From the NCBI GenBank assembly GCA_030390025.1, contig CM059432.1:98582001-98646000 (forward strand): 64,000 bases of DNA, given 5' to 3'. Positions 51,438 to 60,556 of this stretch are shown here, one piece after another (within the stretch, counting starts at the first letter, position 1; every line of letters starts with the position of its first letter). Source of the stretch: Squalus acanthias (Eukaryota). Made by a program: the position numbers and the translations under genes. The notes below the pieces were generated by a model. The model made no database searches. It was not told the DNA's origin and worked only from the letters and a program-made list of their open reading frames with translations.

Positions 51438-53032
51438 TGTAAGGGATTCTCTCCTGACCCTGCGTGTCTCGTAGCCTGTGAGATTCACGCGGCTCTGTGC
51501 AGCCTGTATGTCAGTGCGGGTCTAGGCCTGGTCTCCAGCCAGTCTGGGAACACTAGACACCCCTGTGAGTGGTTCGAATCACTCTCCCTTACGGTTCTAG
51601 ACACTGGACTTAGATGCGAGAGCAGTAATGGAGATAAAACTCATGTAGACTTGGTTTGAACGGTACGAAATGGAAAATCTTTATTGCATGATACTTAAAA
51701 TTATGAAATACATGTCATATGCACAGATTAATGACAGTACAATCTTACAAACAGTTATAATCACTCTTAGGGAAACGAGGAACGACCAGCACAACGTAAA
51801 TAGGGCACACATTACAAATATCCTTAATCTTTAAACCCTCCCCTATCAATGTCTATCCTAAACTAGCTTCGTAGGATCTCGAGACTCATGCTCACCACTC
51901 GTAATAACTCGGAGAAATCCCGAATAGCTGATCGGATGTTTTTCACCGCAGCACCCACGTGTTGGTCAGGAGATCTCCTGGTCCCACTTGTTTACTGCTT
52001 TTGCTGCTCGGTCAGTCGGCTGGACCGTCCGCTGTAGTGAAGACCTCTGTTGGTTGGATACAAGGTATGGTGGAGCACCGTTGTCAATATCGCTGATACG
52101 ATGTGTTTGCACAGTCCAGTTATCATCGATGCAATATGTCTTGTTAAAGAAGAAAACTTCCTGTCGAGAAGACTTGGCTGATCGACCTACAGGCGCGGTC
52201 GGGATTTACTGACCGTGGCGATGGATAAGGTCTTCTTCTCTTCTCCTCTCATCTCATCTCATCTCATCTCATCCCGGGCCTTCGGTTCCGCTGCCAGCTA
52301 CCAACATAGGTCTTTGCAACAGTCTTTTACACAGGAGCAGCCACGATGATAACAGCAACAAGCGGCAAGAGTCAAGAACACGAGGCAAGAGTCAAGAGCA
52401 AGAGAGAGAATGGACGGTTTGGGGCCTGCAATTATAGTGCACAGTTCTTCCGTTTCCCGCCCAACTACAATGTCCATTCTTTTGTTTAAGGTTTGGCGCC
52501 CAAAATGTCCTGTATGGGTGATCTCTGTCCTTAATGGGTTTCGGGGCTACTCCTGAATGTTTGAGTACCTGCTAATATTTCTCCCATTGTTAAATCGGTC
52601 GGTGTTCCCCCTGGAGGGGTTTGGGGCTTCCAAGTGTCCTGTATAACTACCTGCTAACGGCTCTCTCATCGTAGAGCCGTTGGGAGTTTACATATTAATG
52701 TCCTTTGGATGGGCCTTTGATGGCTTTCCTTTGTACCTGGGAGACCGATTCCAGTATCGATGTTTATACTGTAAACCCATAATGTCCTGTGTATTGTCTT
52801 CACTGTGCTGAATCGTTATCGATCCTGCAAAAAAAAAATGTTTATTGGAACGCCATCTTGTCTGCCTGTTGAAAAGTCTAGAATGTTCTGTCACGCGGTG
52901 CGGCGGCCATTTTACAGGCTGCTTGTGTCCAATTTAAACCTGACAGCATTCCGCTGAAATAAAAGCTGTTTTGAACGAAACTTTGTGTTTTCTCCTTATT
53001 AAAATGAAATCGCGATAATTGCGAATTCTACA
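51438..53032 (-). repeat. ERV-B 3' LTR (1595 bp)
   Basis: Direct repeat of 62373-63968; I found one substitution and one A-run indel; AATAAA on - at 51680-51685. Confidence 0.97.
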
Positions 53033-53043
53033 GTCCCTCCTGT
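53033..53043 (-). other. Polypurine tract of ERV-B
   Basis: ACAGGAGGGAC abutting the 3' LTR. Confidence 0.75.
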
Positions 53044-53456
53044 TGATGCGAATAACTCCGCTTATCGTATCAAAAATCTCAGTGGTGAGCAATCTTATCT
53101 CGATTTCACTCCGAATCCAGTAAATTAATCCCATAAATTTTAACTTCACTAGGGTCTCTGTGTCGTCCTCATTTCCCAAGAAAAATCACACTTTATATCA
53201 CCATAGGCATCATTTGCCCTTAAACTTACACCACTTGTTTTCCTTCCCGGCGTAACCAGGCCGATACCTCACGCATCACCTGTATATTTGTCTTTTATTC
53301 AAGGGAAGGAAAAACAAAACCCAAAAACCAAACAATCAACACCATCACCAAAATAAACAAATCCCAACTCTTAAACATATCGCGTTTCCAACGTATTTAC
53401 AATGAGTACAAACTTCCGCGGCGCACGTGGCGAGCGGGAGTGACGCCATTTTCCCA

Positions 53457-55808
53457 TTACACTGCGCTCTCATCGTGCACGCGCACGTAACGTTCTCGCC
53501 ACTCTCCCGTGTTCTCATGCTTGGTGAGGCGCTTGCCTCTTTTACAATGTATGAACAAAAGGTATACTACAATAAACACTTGACAGACGACTAAAATGTG
53601 GGAGGCTATTCTGACCCATGAGGGCACTTCAATATTAGTGAACAGGTTCCACCACGGTGGAACCACTATGTCCAAAATGTCTGTTCCAATTTCGACGGTT
53701 TTCTGTTCTAAGGTATAAAAATGCTTTTGTGACACCGCGACGGCTTTCAGAAGTTTGGTTAAATGCTCAGGGAGAGGGGGAATGAGGTATCCAAAATGCG
53801 CGACAAATCGCTGCAAGTCGGTGAAATTCTCTTTTACTGTGAGATGAACAGTGGATGGTTCAGGGATTGGGATAATTCGCTGTTGTGCTACTTGAACTTC
53901 AGCCCTGGGTTTAAAACAGAAACTGCTGTCACTCACCGGACACCGGCTACGGTTTCCATGCTGGTAGTGTTGCGCTGCAGTGGTAACACAATATGTTCCA
54001 CCCCCGATGTATGCTACCTGCGGAGGCACATGATCTTGTGCCATTGCCTCCATGGTGCAATTCATGGACTTGGCGCCAGCCGTTCTGAACCCGCACTGTG
54101 GTGTTAAAAAGGCATTCAAGTGCTGGGGGCACAGTATTATGTGTGCTCCCCTGCCACGACAACCAGAGAGATCTGTACCTGTCATCGTTTGCTCCCAGCG
54201 GATGACGTAAGGTGGAACCGCTGCATAACGAATGTGGGCTCCCCCCTGAATGACACCAATGTTCTCTACCCGATACACCGGGGCGGGCTTTGCTGTGTTG
54301 CCCAAAACCGGCATGCGTAATACTATTCCCATAATAGTATGGTTTGAACGTCCGCAGTCCACGGGGACTGGGTAAGCTTCTGAAGCTAGCCTGAGCTGGC
54401 ACGGACTTAATGCGTTCTGAAAAGGGTGGAGCGCCCGCAGGTGTTTGTTACTTATCCAGGACGGGACCAAACCTTGTTTTAAATCCTCCAAATTACTGCG
54501 GCCCTCGCCCAGTAACCACGCCCCGTAAAGCACGCACACCTCGTTCTGCGCAGCTTGATCGGATGCATTCCGATCTTCCCTGATCAGGGCATTTACCGTA
54601 CGCGCATGTTTCTCCAGCTCTGCTATAATCTCTTTTAAGTGTAGTGTCATGGCTTGGTCCTCGTGCAGACCCGACCCTACCACTTTATTCTCATCTGTAA
54701 GAATATCCTTTAACTGTGTTTTTAAACCATTAATCTGGGTCTGCAGCTCCACACTGTCTAGAGCGTTGACCACAGATGTCCCTGTGTTAAAAGCAGTGAA
54801 CGCATCGTTCACCAAACCCCTTCTTTGCCTCCCTACTTGGTCCAAAACTTCCTGCGGTGCGGTGTATAAACTTGTCTTATCAATTTCTGCAAAATCAAAC
54901 TCGTAAAATTGCCTGAACATCTTGGTCAACAGGACCTGGTACAACTGTTCCGTCTTTTTGGGGCACCACTCTGGTAACCGTACCTCAGTGAGATTTAAAA
55001 TCACCGAGGCCACCGCGTAATGTACCCCCTGAAATAGTATCTGGTCTGTGGGGACCAGTACCAAACCGTTCCCGGGTCCCTTACTAGTTTTAGGGCACCC
55101 TTCTTCCTCAGTTAGAACTACCGGGATCGTGGGCGGGGCTTTGCGTGGGCGCGTAATGAGCTCAGTGGCATTTACTGGGATCGGAGAGTATGGGGCTCCG
55201 CACCCCCTGGTGCTCGCATCCCACCTCATCCCCTGTCCGTTATCCTGCCACTGGTTAATAAAGAATATGGAGATGCCTTTGGGGCAAACGTACTTTGACC
55301 CCCACATACAAACATAAATCCCCTCATCCGGTTCCCACCATTTGTCCCAACAGACTTTCACTTGTCCGTCTGTCCCCGTAATTGTCCGATGGGTATTATT
55401 ACCCAGTCGCTCCCACTCAACCGAAGAGTTCCTCATAGTTTTGCTCAGCTTTCGCAGCCACCACCATCGGCTCAATGGGACATTCCCACTGCAGGTCAAA
55501 CAAATCCGTTTGCCGACGGTGACGCTGATCCTGGGTGCGATGATCCGTACTTTGGGGCACATTAAAGAAGTCTCTTTGTAGGCGAACCCCGATGTGCTGG
55601 AATACTCCGTTGAGTTCGTTCCCAGCCATCCTGGCCACCTTCCCTTGTGGAAATAGGTGCTGGTCCCCTCTGCCTTCCGTCTCCCGGTCCCATCCACCGC
55701 GATGGGGGCCGTGTCCCCGGAACATCCAAACACCACGACATCCTTGGTGTGGCCTCGATAGGCCAATCCACATCCGATTGCCACGAGCAATACTATAAGT
55801 CGTTCCAT
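53457..55808 (-). CDS. env: Envelope glycoprotein, 783 aa: signal peptide, Ig-like domain, class I F-like fusion protein
   Basis: Signal MERLIVLLVAIGCGLA; furin site RQRR at 327-330; fusion peptide and heptad; Cys-rich region; TM ILVVCQVFIVVYLLFI; many NxS/T sequons; YVRV in the tail. Confidence 0.92.
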   Translation of the reverse strand: MERLIVLLVAIGCGLAYRGHTKDVVVFGCSGDTAPIAVDGTGRRKAEGTSTYFHKGRWPGWLGTNSTEYSSTSGFAYKETSLMCPKVRIIAPRISVTVGKRICLTCSGNVPLSRWWWLRKLSKTMRNSSVEWERLGNNTHRTITGTDGQVKVCWDKWWEPDEGIYVCMWGSKYVCPKGISIFFINQWQDNGQGMRWDASTRGCGAPYSPIPVNATELITRPRKAPPTIPVVLTEEEGCPKTSKGPGNGLVLVPTDQILFQGVHYAVASVILNLTEVRLPEWCPKKTEQLYQVLLTKMFRQFYEFDFAEIDKTSLYTAPQEVLDQVGRQRRGLVNDAFTAFNTGTSVVNALDSVELQTQINGLKTQLKDILTDENKVVGSGLHEDQAMTLHLKEIIAELEKHARTVNALIREDRNASDQAAQNEVCVLYGAWLLGEGRSNLEDLKQGLVPSWISNKHLRALHPFQNALSPCQLRLASEAYPVPVDCGRSNHTIMGIVLRMPVLGNTAKPAPVYRVENIGVIQGGAHIRYAAVPPYVIRWEQTMTGTDLSGCRGRGAHIILCPQHLNAFLTPQCGFRTAGAKSMNCTMEAMAQDHVPPQVAYIGGGTYCVTTAAQHYQHGNRSRCPVSDSSFCFKPRAEVQVAQQRIIPIPEPSTVHLTVKENFTDLQRFVAHFGYLIPPLPEHLTKLLKAVAVSQKHFYTLEQKTVEIGTDILDIVVPPWWNLFTNIEVPSWVRIASHILVVCQVFIVVYLLFIHCKRGKRLTKHENTGEWRERYVRVHDESAV

Positions 55809-56092
55809 CCTTCCTTGGTTCCTGTGATCAGATAGAATGAGGTAGCCAGCCTCGCAAAAAGTCTCTGGCTTTTGTGACGGGTGAGCGGGTCCCCTGACCT
55901 CGCCTCACGTAAACTTCAACGTTCGCTAAATAGACTTCCTCTAAACCTAGCCTTAAAACTCCCATCATTTTGTCGTTATCTGTTAAAAACACTACAAACT
56001 TAACCTTATTAAAACTACTTAAAACTTTAAACTAAAACTTAAAACCTTAAACTAATAACTTTACAATGCCGCCCGTTCTCAGGGCGGCCCCT

Positions 56093-59000
56093 TTAAATCC
56101 TGAGAAGGCTGCTGCGAGCTCTTCCCGACGGTGGGAGGGCACTGACCCTTTCCTCTGATCTGCCGCAGCCTGTTACTGCTTCGATGTGGCCTGTCTCTAC
56201 CCGGGTTATCTTAACCTGAAACTTACGCCCTGGGGCAGCCTGTGGACCTGACCACATCTTCCTGGGCTGGGGTACTCTGCTTGACCTACGGGGAATTGCT
56301 ATGGGCGGGGGCTCCGTGACGGACGGACCGGGTCCCGAGACCTTCAACGGGATGACCTGGGGTTCCATCACAGGCGCCAGCCCCGCCTCCGCTGACTCCG
56401 CCTCCCTGACCTCGGGGCTGGCAGTTCGGGGCCCCGCCCTGCTCGGTCCAGCAGGCGGCCCTTCACTCGTGAACTCTGCCTCCCCTGAGGACTGGACGTT
56501 CAAAGCGGGCGGCCACACCTCTGGGAACCACATAGCGGCTGGCCCGGCCTCCTCTAGCTCCTTCCTCCTGTTGTCGGGACCTGCAGCTTGTGTGTCCACC
56601 CCGTATGGATCTCTACCTAGCGGCCCCAATCCTCCCAGACCGTTCCTCAGGAACCACCCGTCATCATCACTATGCTCATCTGCACTATCCTCATCTGACC
56701 AGGGTACCCTGGGGTCCTCGTCATCTAACCCCCAACTCCAGAAAAACGCTGCATGATCGTCCGGGATGTCCCTTCCCCTGATGCAAGCTGCTACGCCTGC
56801 CTGTGTGCCTTGTGGTCCTACCTGGGGCTGTGTTTTCCCATTGGCGGGATTTACCCCTGTAGTTTTCCCTTGCGCACCCGGCTGGTACAGTTTACATTGG
56901 TTTATGTGGAACCACTTAGTGCGCCGAGGTACTTTTACGGCGTAAACCATGGGACTCGCCTTGTCTACAATGTTGTAGGGTCCCATATACAGTGGTTCCA
57001 GACTCCCTACTCTGGCGTAGTTTCTGACCATAACCTGGTCTCCTACTTCCCACTCCCGCGTTTTGCGGGGTTCCAGCAACAAGCGATTGCCCTGATGCTG
57101 CCTTCCCATGTTCCCAGCCGCCTGCTCATAAACTTGCTTCAGGCGCTCCAAGAGAGTTTGGGCGAACTTGTCCCTGCTGATCTCTTGAAGCTGACCCTCA
57201 GTGAGCACCGGGGCTAGCACATGGGTGGGGGTTCGCATGAGCCTCCCAGTCATTACCTCGTGCGGGGAGTACCCCGTACTTTTTGACTGACTGGCCCGGA
57301 CCCCCATGAGGACTAAAGGCAGAACTTCCGCCCATTTTTGGGGCGAGTTCCTAGTCTCTTTCCTCAATTTCTCCTTCAGGGTCCGGTTCATACGTTCAAC
57401 AATCCCGGATGACTGGGGATTGTGTGCTACGTGCCACTTCCCTTCAATGCCCAAAAGCATGAGGGTGTTCTGCATCACCTGGCCGGTGAAATGACTCCCT
57501 TGGTCTGACTCCACAAAACGGGGGAGTCCCCACCGCGAGAACACTTCCCGGACCAAGATTTTTGCTGTACCCAGTGCCGTAGCTGTTCGACAAGGGAAGG
57601 CTTCCACCCACTTGGAAAACACATCCACCAGGACGAGGCAGTACTTATAACCTCCCTGGGTGGTGGGCAGGGGTCCTATATAGTCGATCTGTATCGACTG
57701 CCATGGTCCCTCTACCCTTCTTACGTGTCCCATGGGCACCTTCCTTTTCTGGGGGTCTGGGTTATTTGCAGCGCACACAAGACAGTTTGCACAGAACTCG
57801 CGGACTTGTTCCCTGAGCCCTGGCCACCATCCCGCTTGCTCTACCCGTTGCCAGGTAACCTCGGGCCCGGGGTGCCCTGCCCCTGGTCCCTCGTGAGCCA
57901 ACTGGAGGAATTCCCTCCTGTGCTGCTGCGGCACAACCCACTGCTCCTCGCGGAACAGCATGCCTTCCTTAACTGAGAGGGTTGCCGTACTGTACGGACC
58001 TTCTACCTGCCTCCCCTCAGCAATCGTTTTTAGGACTGCTTTTAGGGCGGGATCCTGGGCTTGGACGGTCTTAAGGTCTAGGGGCAATGCTACCCTGGTG
58101 TTCCCGGTATTCCCGTCCCCGCCTCGGACCGCTGCTATGGGTCCGGTTCTATAGGGGTTCCAGAAAGTACCGTCGTGGGCACCCTCCCTGGCTAGCGCAT
58201 CCGCCTGCCGGTTGCCCTCCCCACGGGGCTCTGTGGAGGAGTGAGCTTTCACCTTATGGATGAAAATCTCCCCTTCCTCCCCTACTGCTGCTGCTAAGAT
58301 CTTCTCCAGCAAGGGCTTTACCGTTAAAGGTCGCCCGTCCGCGGAGGTGTATCCACGGCGGGACCAAATGGCCAGGTATTCCGTACACGAATTGCAGGTG
58401 AACATACTGTCCGAGCAAATCGTGTATGGGGTTGGGAAAATGTCTGGGTGGGTTACCACGTACACCACGGCAGACAGCTCAGCCTGCTGCGCGCTCATGG
58501 TGCTAGGGAGCTTGATCGCCAGGGCAAGGTCTGCCGCAGGGTCATAAACTCCACACCCTGTGAGTCGCTCGCCAGCAGATACTGTGCTAGACCCATCAAC
58601 ATAAATCTCGCGCCCAGTGGGATGTATCCCGGCCCGTAAACCTATGTTGACGTCCCACACCCCCTCCACCGAACACCGGTGGGCTGTACCGGGGTATACC
58701 AAATTGGCCGCAAGCCTGGGCTCGCAAAGACCTTTTACTCTGATGTCCAACTGGGAGAGAAGAAGGGTCCAACGCGCAATGCGTGCGCTGCTTACGGTCC
58801 CGTCTTTAATCCTCCCATCCAGAAGCATCTTAGTTGGTGTGTGATGTGTGAGGAGAGTGATGGGAGAGAGCCCTGTGAAGATCGCTGATCTTTTCACAGC
58901 CCAATGCGTGGCTAAAAGGTGCCTTTCGCAATTGGAAAAACTTCTCTCCACATCCGTTAATACCCTGGATGAATAGACAACCGGCCTCAGCTTGCCGTGA

Positions 59001-60556
59001 CGCTCTTGGAGCAGTACGGCGCTTAAGCTGTCTCCGCTGGCAGCTACCTCCAGGAAAAACTCCTTCCCCCCATCTATGGCCCCTAAGGCTGGCGCGGTCT
59101 GCAGATCCCTTTTTAACTTCTCGAAGGCTGCTTGGCAGCCCTCGTCCCAAAGCCACTCTACCCCCTTATGGAGGAGTCGGAGGAGCGGCGCCGCTGTGGC
59201 CGCATAATCCTCGATAAAATCCCTGCAGTAACCGGTCAGTCCCAAGAAGGACCTCACACCCCTTACGTTGTTGGGAATCGGTAATTCTTGCACCGACTCC
59301 CTCCTGGCTTTGTCTATAGCTCTTTCCCCAGCGCGTAGGGTCAGTCCCAGGAATTTTACTTCCTGCTGACCGATACGTGCTTTCTTTGGGTTTACTTTAA
59401 AACCCTTTCTCGCTAACAGCTCCAATAACTCGTCCAGTAGTGGTCCGTGCTCCTCCCTTGAGTCCGTAAATAGGAGCAAATCATCCACATACTGTACTAT
59501 CTGATTGGGCTGACTGAACTCCTTTAAACTTCCTGCCATACACTGGTGAAAAATACTGGGGCTATTGTGGAAACCCTGTGGCAAGCAGTTCCACGTGTAC
59601 TGTTGCCCTTTAAACGTAAAGGCAAACTTGTACTGGTCCTCTCGCCGCAGCGGGATGGACCAAAAACCGTTCGAGATATCCAGCACCGTGAACGTGGTCG
59701 CGGACGCTGGGATGCTCCCTATTAGGTCAGCAACTGCTGCTACTGTGGGCGCGCAGGCGGGGATGTTACTGTTAAGGACTCTGTAGTCCACCGTGGCTCT
59801 CCACGAATTATCCGGCTTCCTAACCGGCCATAATGGGGAGTTCACGTGTGTGGCTATCGGCCTCAACACGCCCTGCTGCACCAAGGAAGACATTGCTGCC
59901 TCCATATCGGGTTCTGCTTCTTTGGGGAAGTTATACTGCTTTTGGGGTCGGGTCATGGGGTCCCCATCTACGCTGACCTCAAACCCGACCACCCTCCCAC
60001 AATCGTGCTTGTGGGTTGCAAACGCGTGCATATTATCTGTCACGTACGTTTGCATGTCCGTTGGGACATCTGCGACCATAAGCCTGAGGTCGTAGCCTCC
60101 GGATGGCTGTACGGTACACAGGACCCCTGTTTCTTCCTCCCCTTGAATCACCATTACCTCGCCTTTTTCACCTTTAGCCCCCCAGAGACAGTGATTTCTG
60201 AGGTCCACGAGGATCCCGTGTCCCGCTAGCAGATCGGACCCGAGAATACCTCTTCCACCCCCCTTTTGCCATGCCATCAGTATACACTTCCACTTAAGGC
60301 GAAGTGTCCCTAAACGAATGGATAGCGGGAGGGAAAACGTGCCAGCCTGTTCTTTCCCTGTGAACCCTGCTAGCGTGAATGGGACCTTGGTAGATAGCGG
60401 CGAGTCAAAAGGGTCATCTGTATGGATTATGGTGCAAGAAGCTCCCGTGTCCAACAAATAACTGCCCTTTTGTTTCTCTACCTCCATCTCCACCACAGGT
60501 CGCCTCCACGCATCATAGCTGAGCGGACACAGGTAGACGGGCTGTGCTGGTTCTAG
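56093..60556 (-). CDS. pol: Pol (PR-RT-tether-RNase H-IN plus long C-terminal tail), in frame with gag
   Basis: LLDTGAS; LPQGFHNSP; YVDD; degenerate RH (LEVAAS..VVYSSR); RH (YVDGS, AELSA, SDS, GNRQAD); HHCC, QIDYIGP, SDQGSHF, VERMNRTLK, GPY. Confidence 0.96.
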   Translation of the reverse strand, partial: LEPAQPVYLCPLSYDAWRRPVVEMEVEKQKGSYLLDTGASCTIIHTDDPFDSPLSTKVPFTLAGFTGKEQAGTFSLPLSIRLGTLRLKWKCILMAWQKGGGRGILGSDLLAGHGILVDLRNHCLWGAKGEKGEVMVIQGEEETGVLCTVQPSGGYDLRLMVADVPTDMQTYVTDNMHAFATHKHDCGRVVGFEVSVDGDPMTRPQKQYNFPKEAEPDMEAAMSSLVQQGVLRPIATHVNSPLWPVRKPDNSWRATVDYRVLNSNIPACAPTVAAVADLIGSIPASATTFTVLDISNGFWSIPLRREDQYKFAFTFKGQQYTWNCLPQGFHNSPSIFHQCMAGSLKEFSQPNQIVQYVDDLLLFTDSREEHGPLLDELLELLARKGFKVNPKKARIGQQEVKFLGLTLRAGERAIDKARRESVQELPIPNNVRGVRSFLGLTGYCRDFIEDYAATAAPLLRLLHKGVEWLWDEGCQAAFEKLKRDLQTAPALGAIDGGKEFFLEVAASGDSLSAVLLQERHGKLRPVVYSSRVLTDVERSFSNCERHLLATHWAVKRSAIFTGLSPITLLTHHTPTKMLLDGRIKDGTVSSARIARWTLLLSQLDIRVKGLCEPRLAANLVYPGTAHRCSVEGVWDVNIGLRAGIHPTGREIYVDGSSTVSAGERLTGCGVYDPAADLALAIKLPSTMSAQQAELSAVVYVVTHPDIFPTPYTICSDSMFTCNSCTEYLAIWSRRGYTSADGRPLTVKPLLEKILAAAVGEEGEIFIHKVKAHSSTEPRGEGNRQADALAREGAHDGTFWNPYRTGPIAAVRGGDGNTGNTRVALPLDLKTVQAQDPALKAVLKTIAEGRQVEGPYSTATLSVKEGMLFREEQWVVPQQHRREFLQLAHEGPGAGHPGPEVTWQRVEQAGWWPGLREQVREFCANCLVCAANNPDPQKRKVPMGHVRRVEGPWQSIQIDYIGPLPTTQGGYKYCLVLVDVFSKWVEAFPCRTATALGTAKILVREVFSRWGLPRFVESDQGSHFTGQVMQNTLMLLGIEGKWHVAHNPQSSGIVERMNRTLKEKLRKETRNSPQKWAEVLPLVLMGVRASQSKSTGYSPHEVMTGRLMRTPTHVLAPVLTEGQLQEISRDKFAQTLLERLKQVYEQAAGNMGRQHQGNRLLLEPRKTREWEVGDQVMVRNYARVGSLEPLYMGPYNIVDKASPMVYAVKVPRRTKWFHINQCKLYQPGAQGKTTGVNPANGKTQPQVGPQGTQAGVAACIRGRDIPDDHAAFFWSWGLDDEDPRVPWSDEDSADEHSDDDGWFLRNGLGGLGPLGRDPYGVDTQAAGPDNRRKELEEAGPAAMWFPEVWPPALNVQSSGEAEFTSEGPPAGPSRAGPRTASPEVREAESAEAGLAPVMEPQVIPLKVSGPGPSVTEPPPIAIPRRSSRVPQPRKMWSGPQAAPGRKFQVKITRVETGHIEAVTGCGRSEERVSALPPSGRARSSLLRI

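Noticed and set aside
56301..60229. Antisense ORFs over pol (HBZ-like gene)
   Set aside because: Short, scattered and expected opposite a GC-rich coding strand; no motif support
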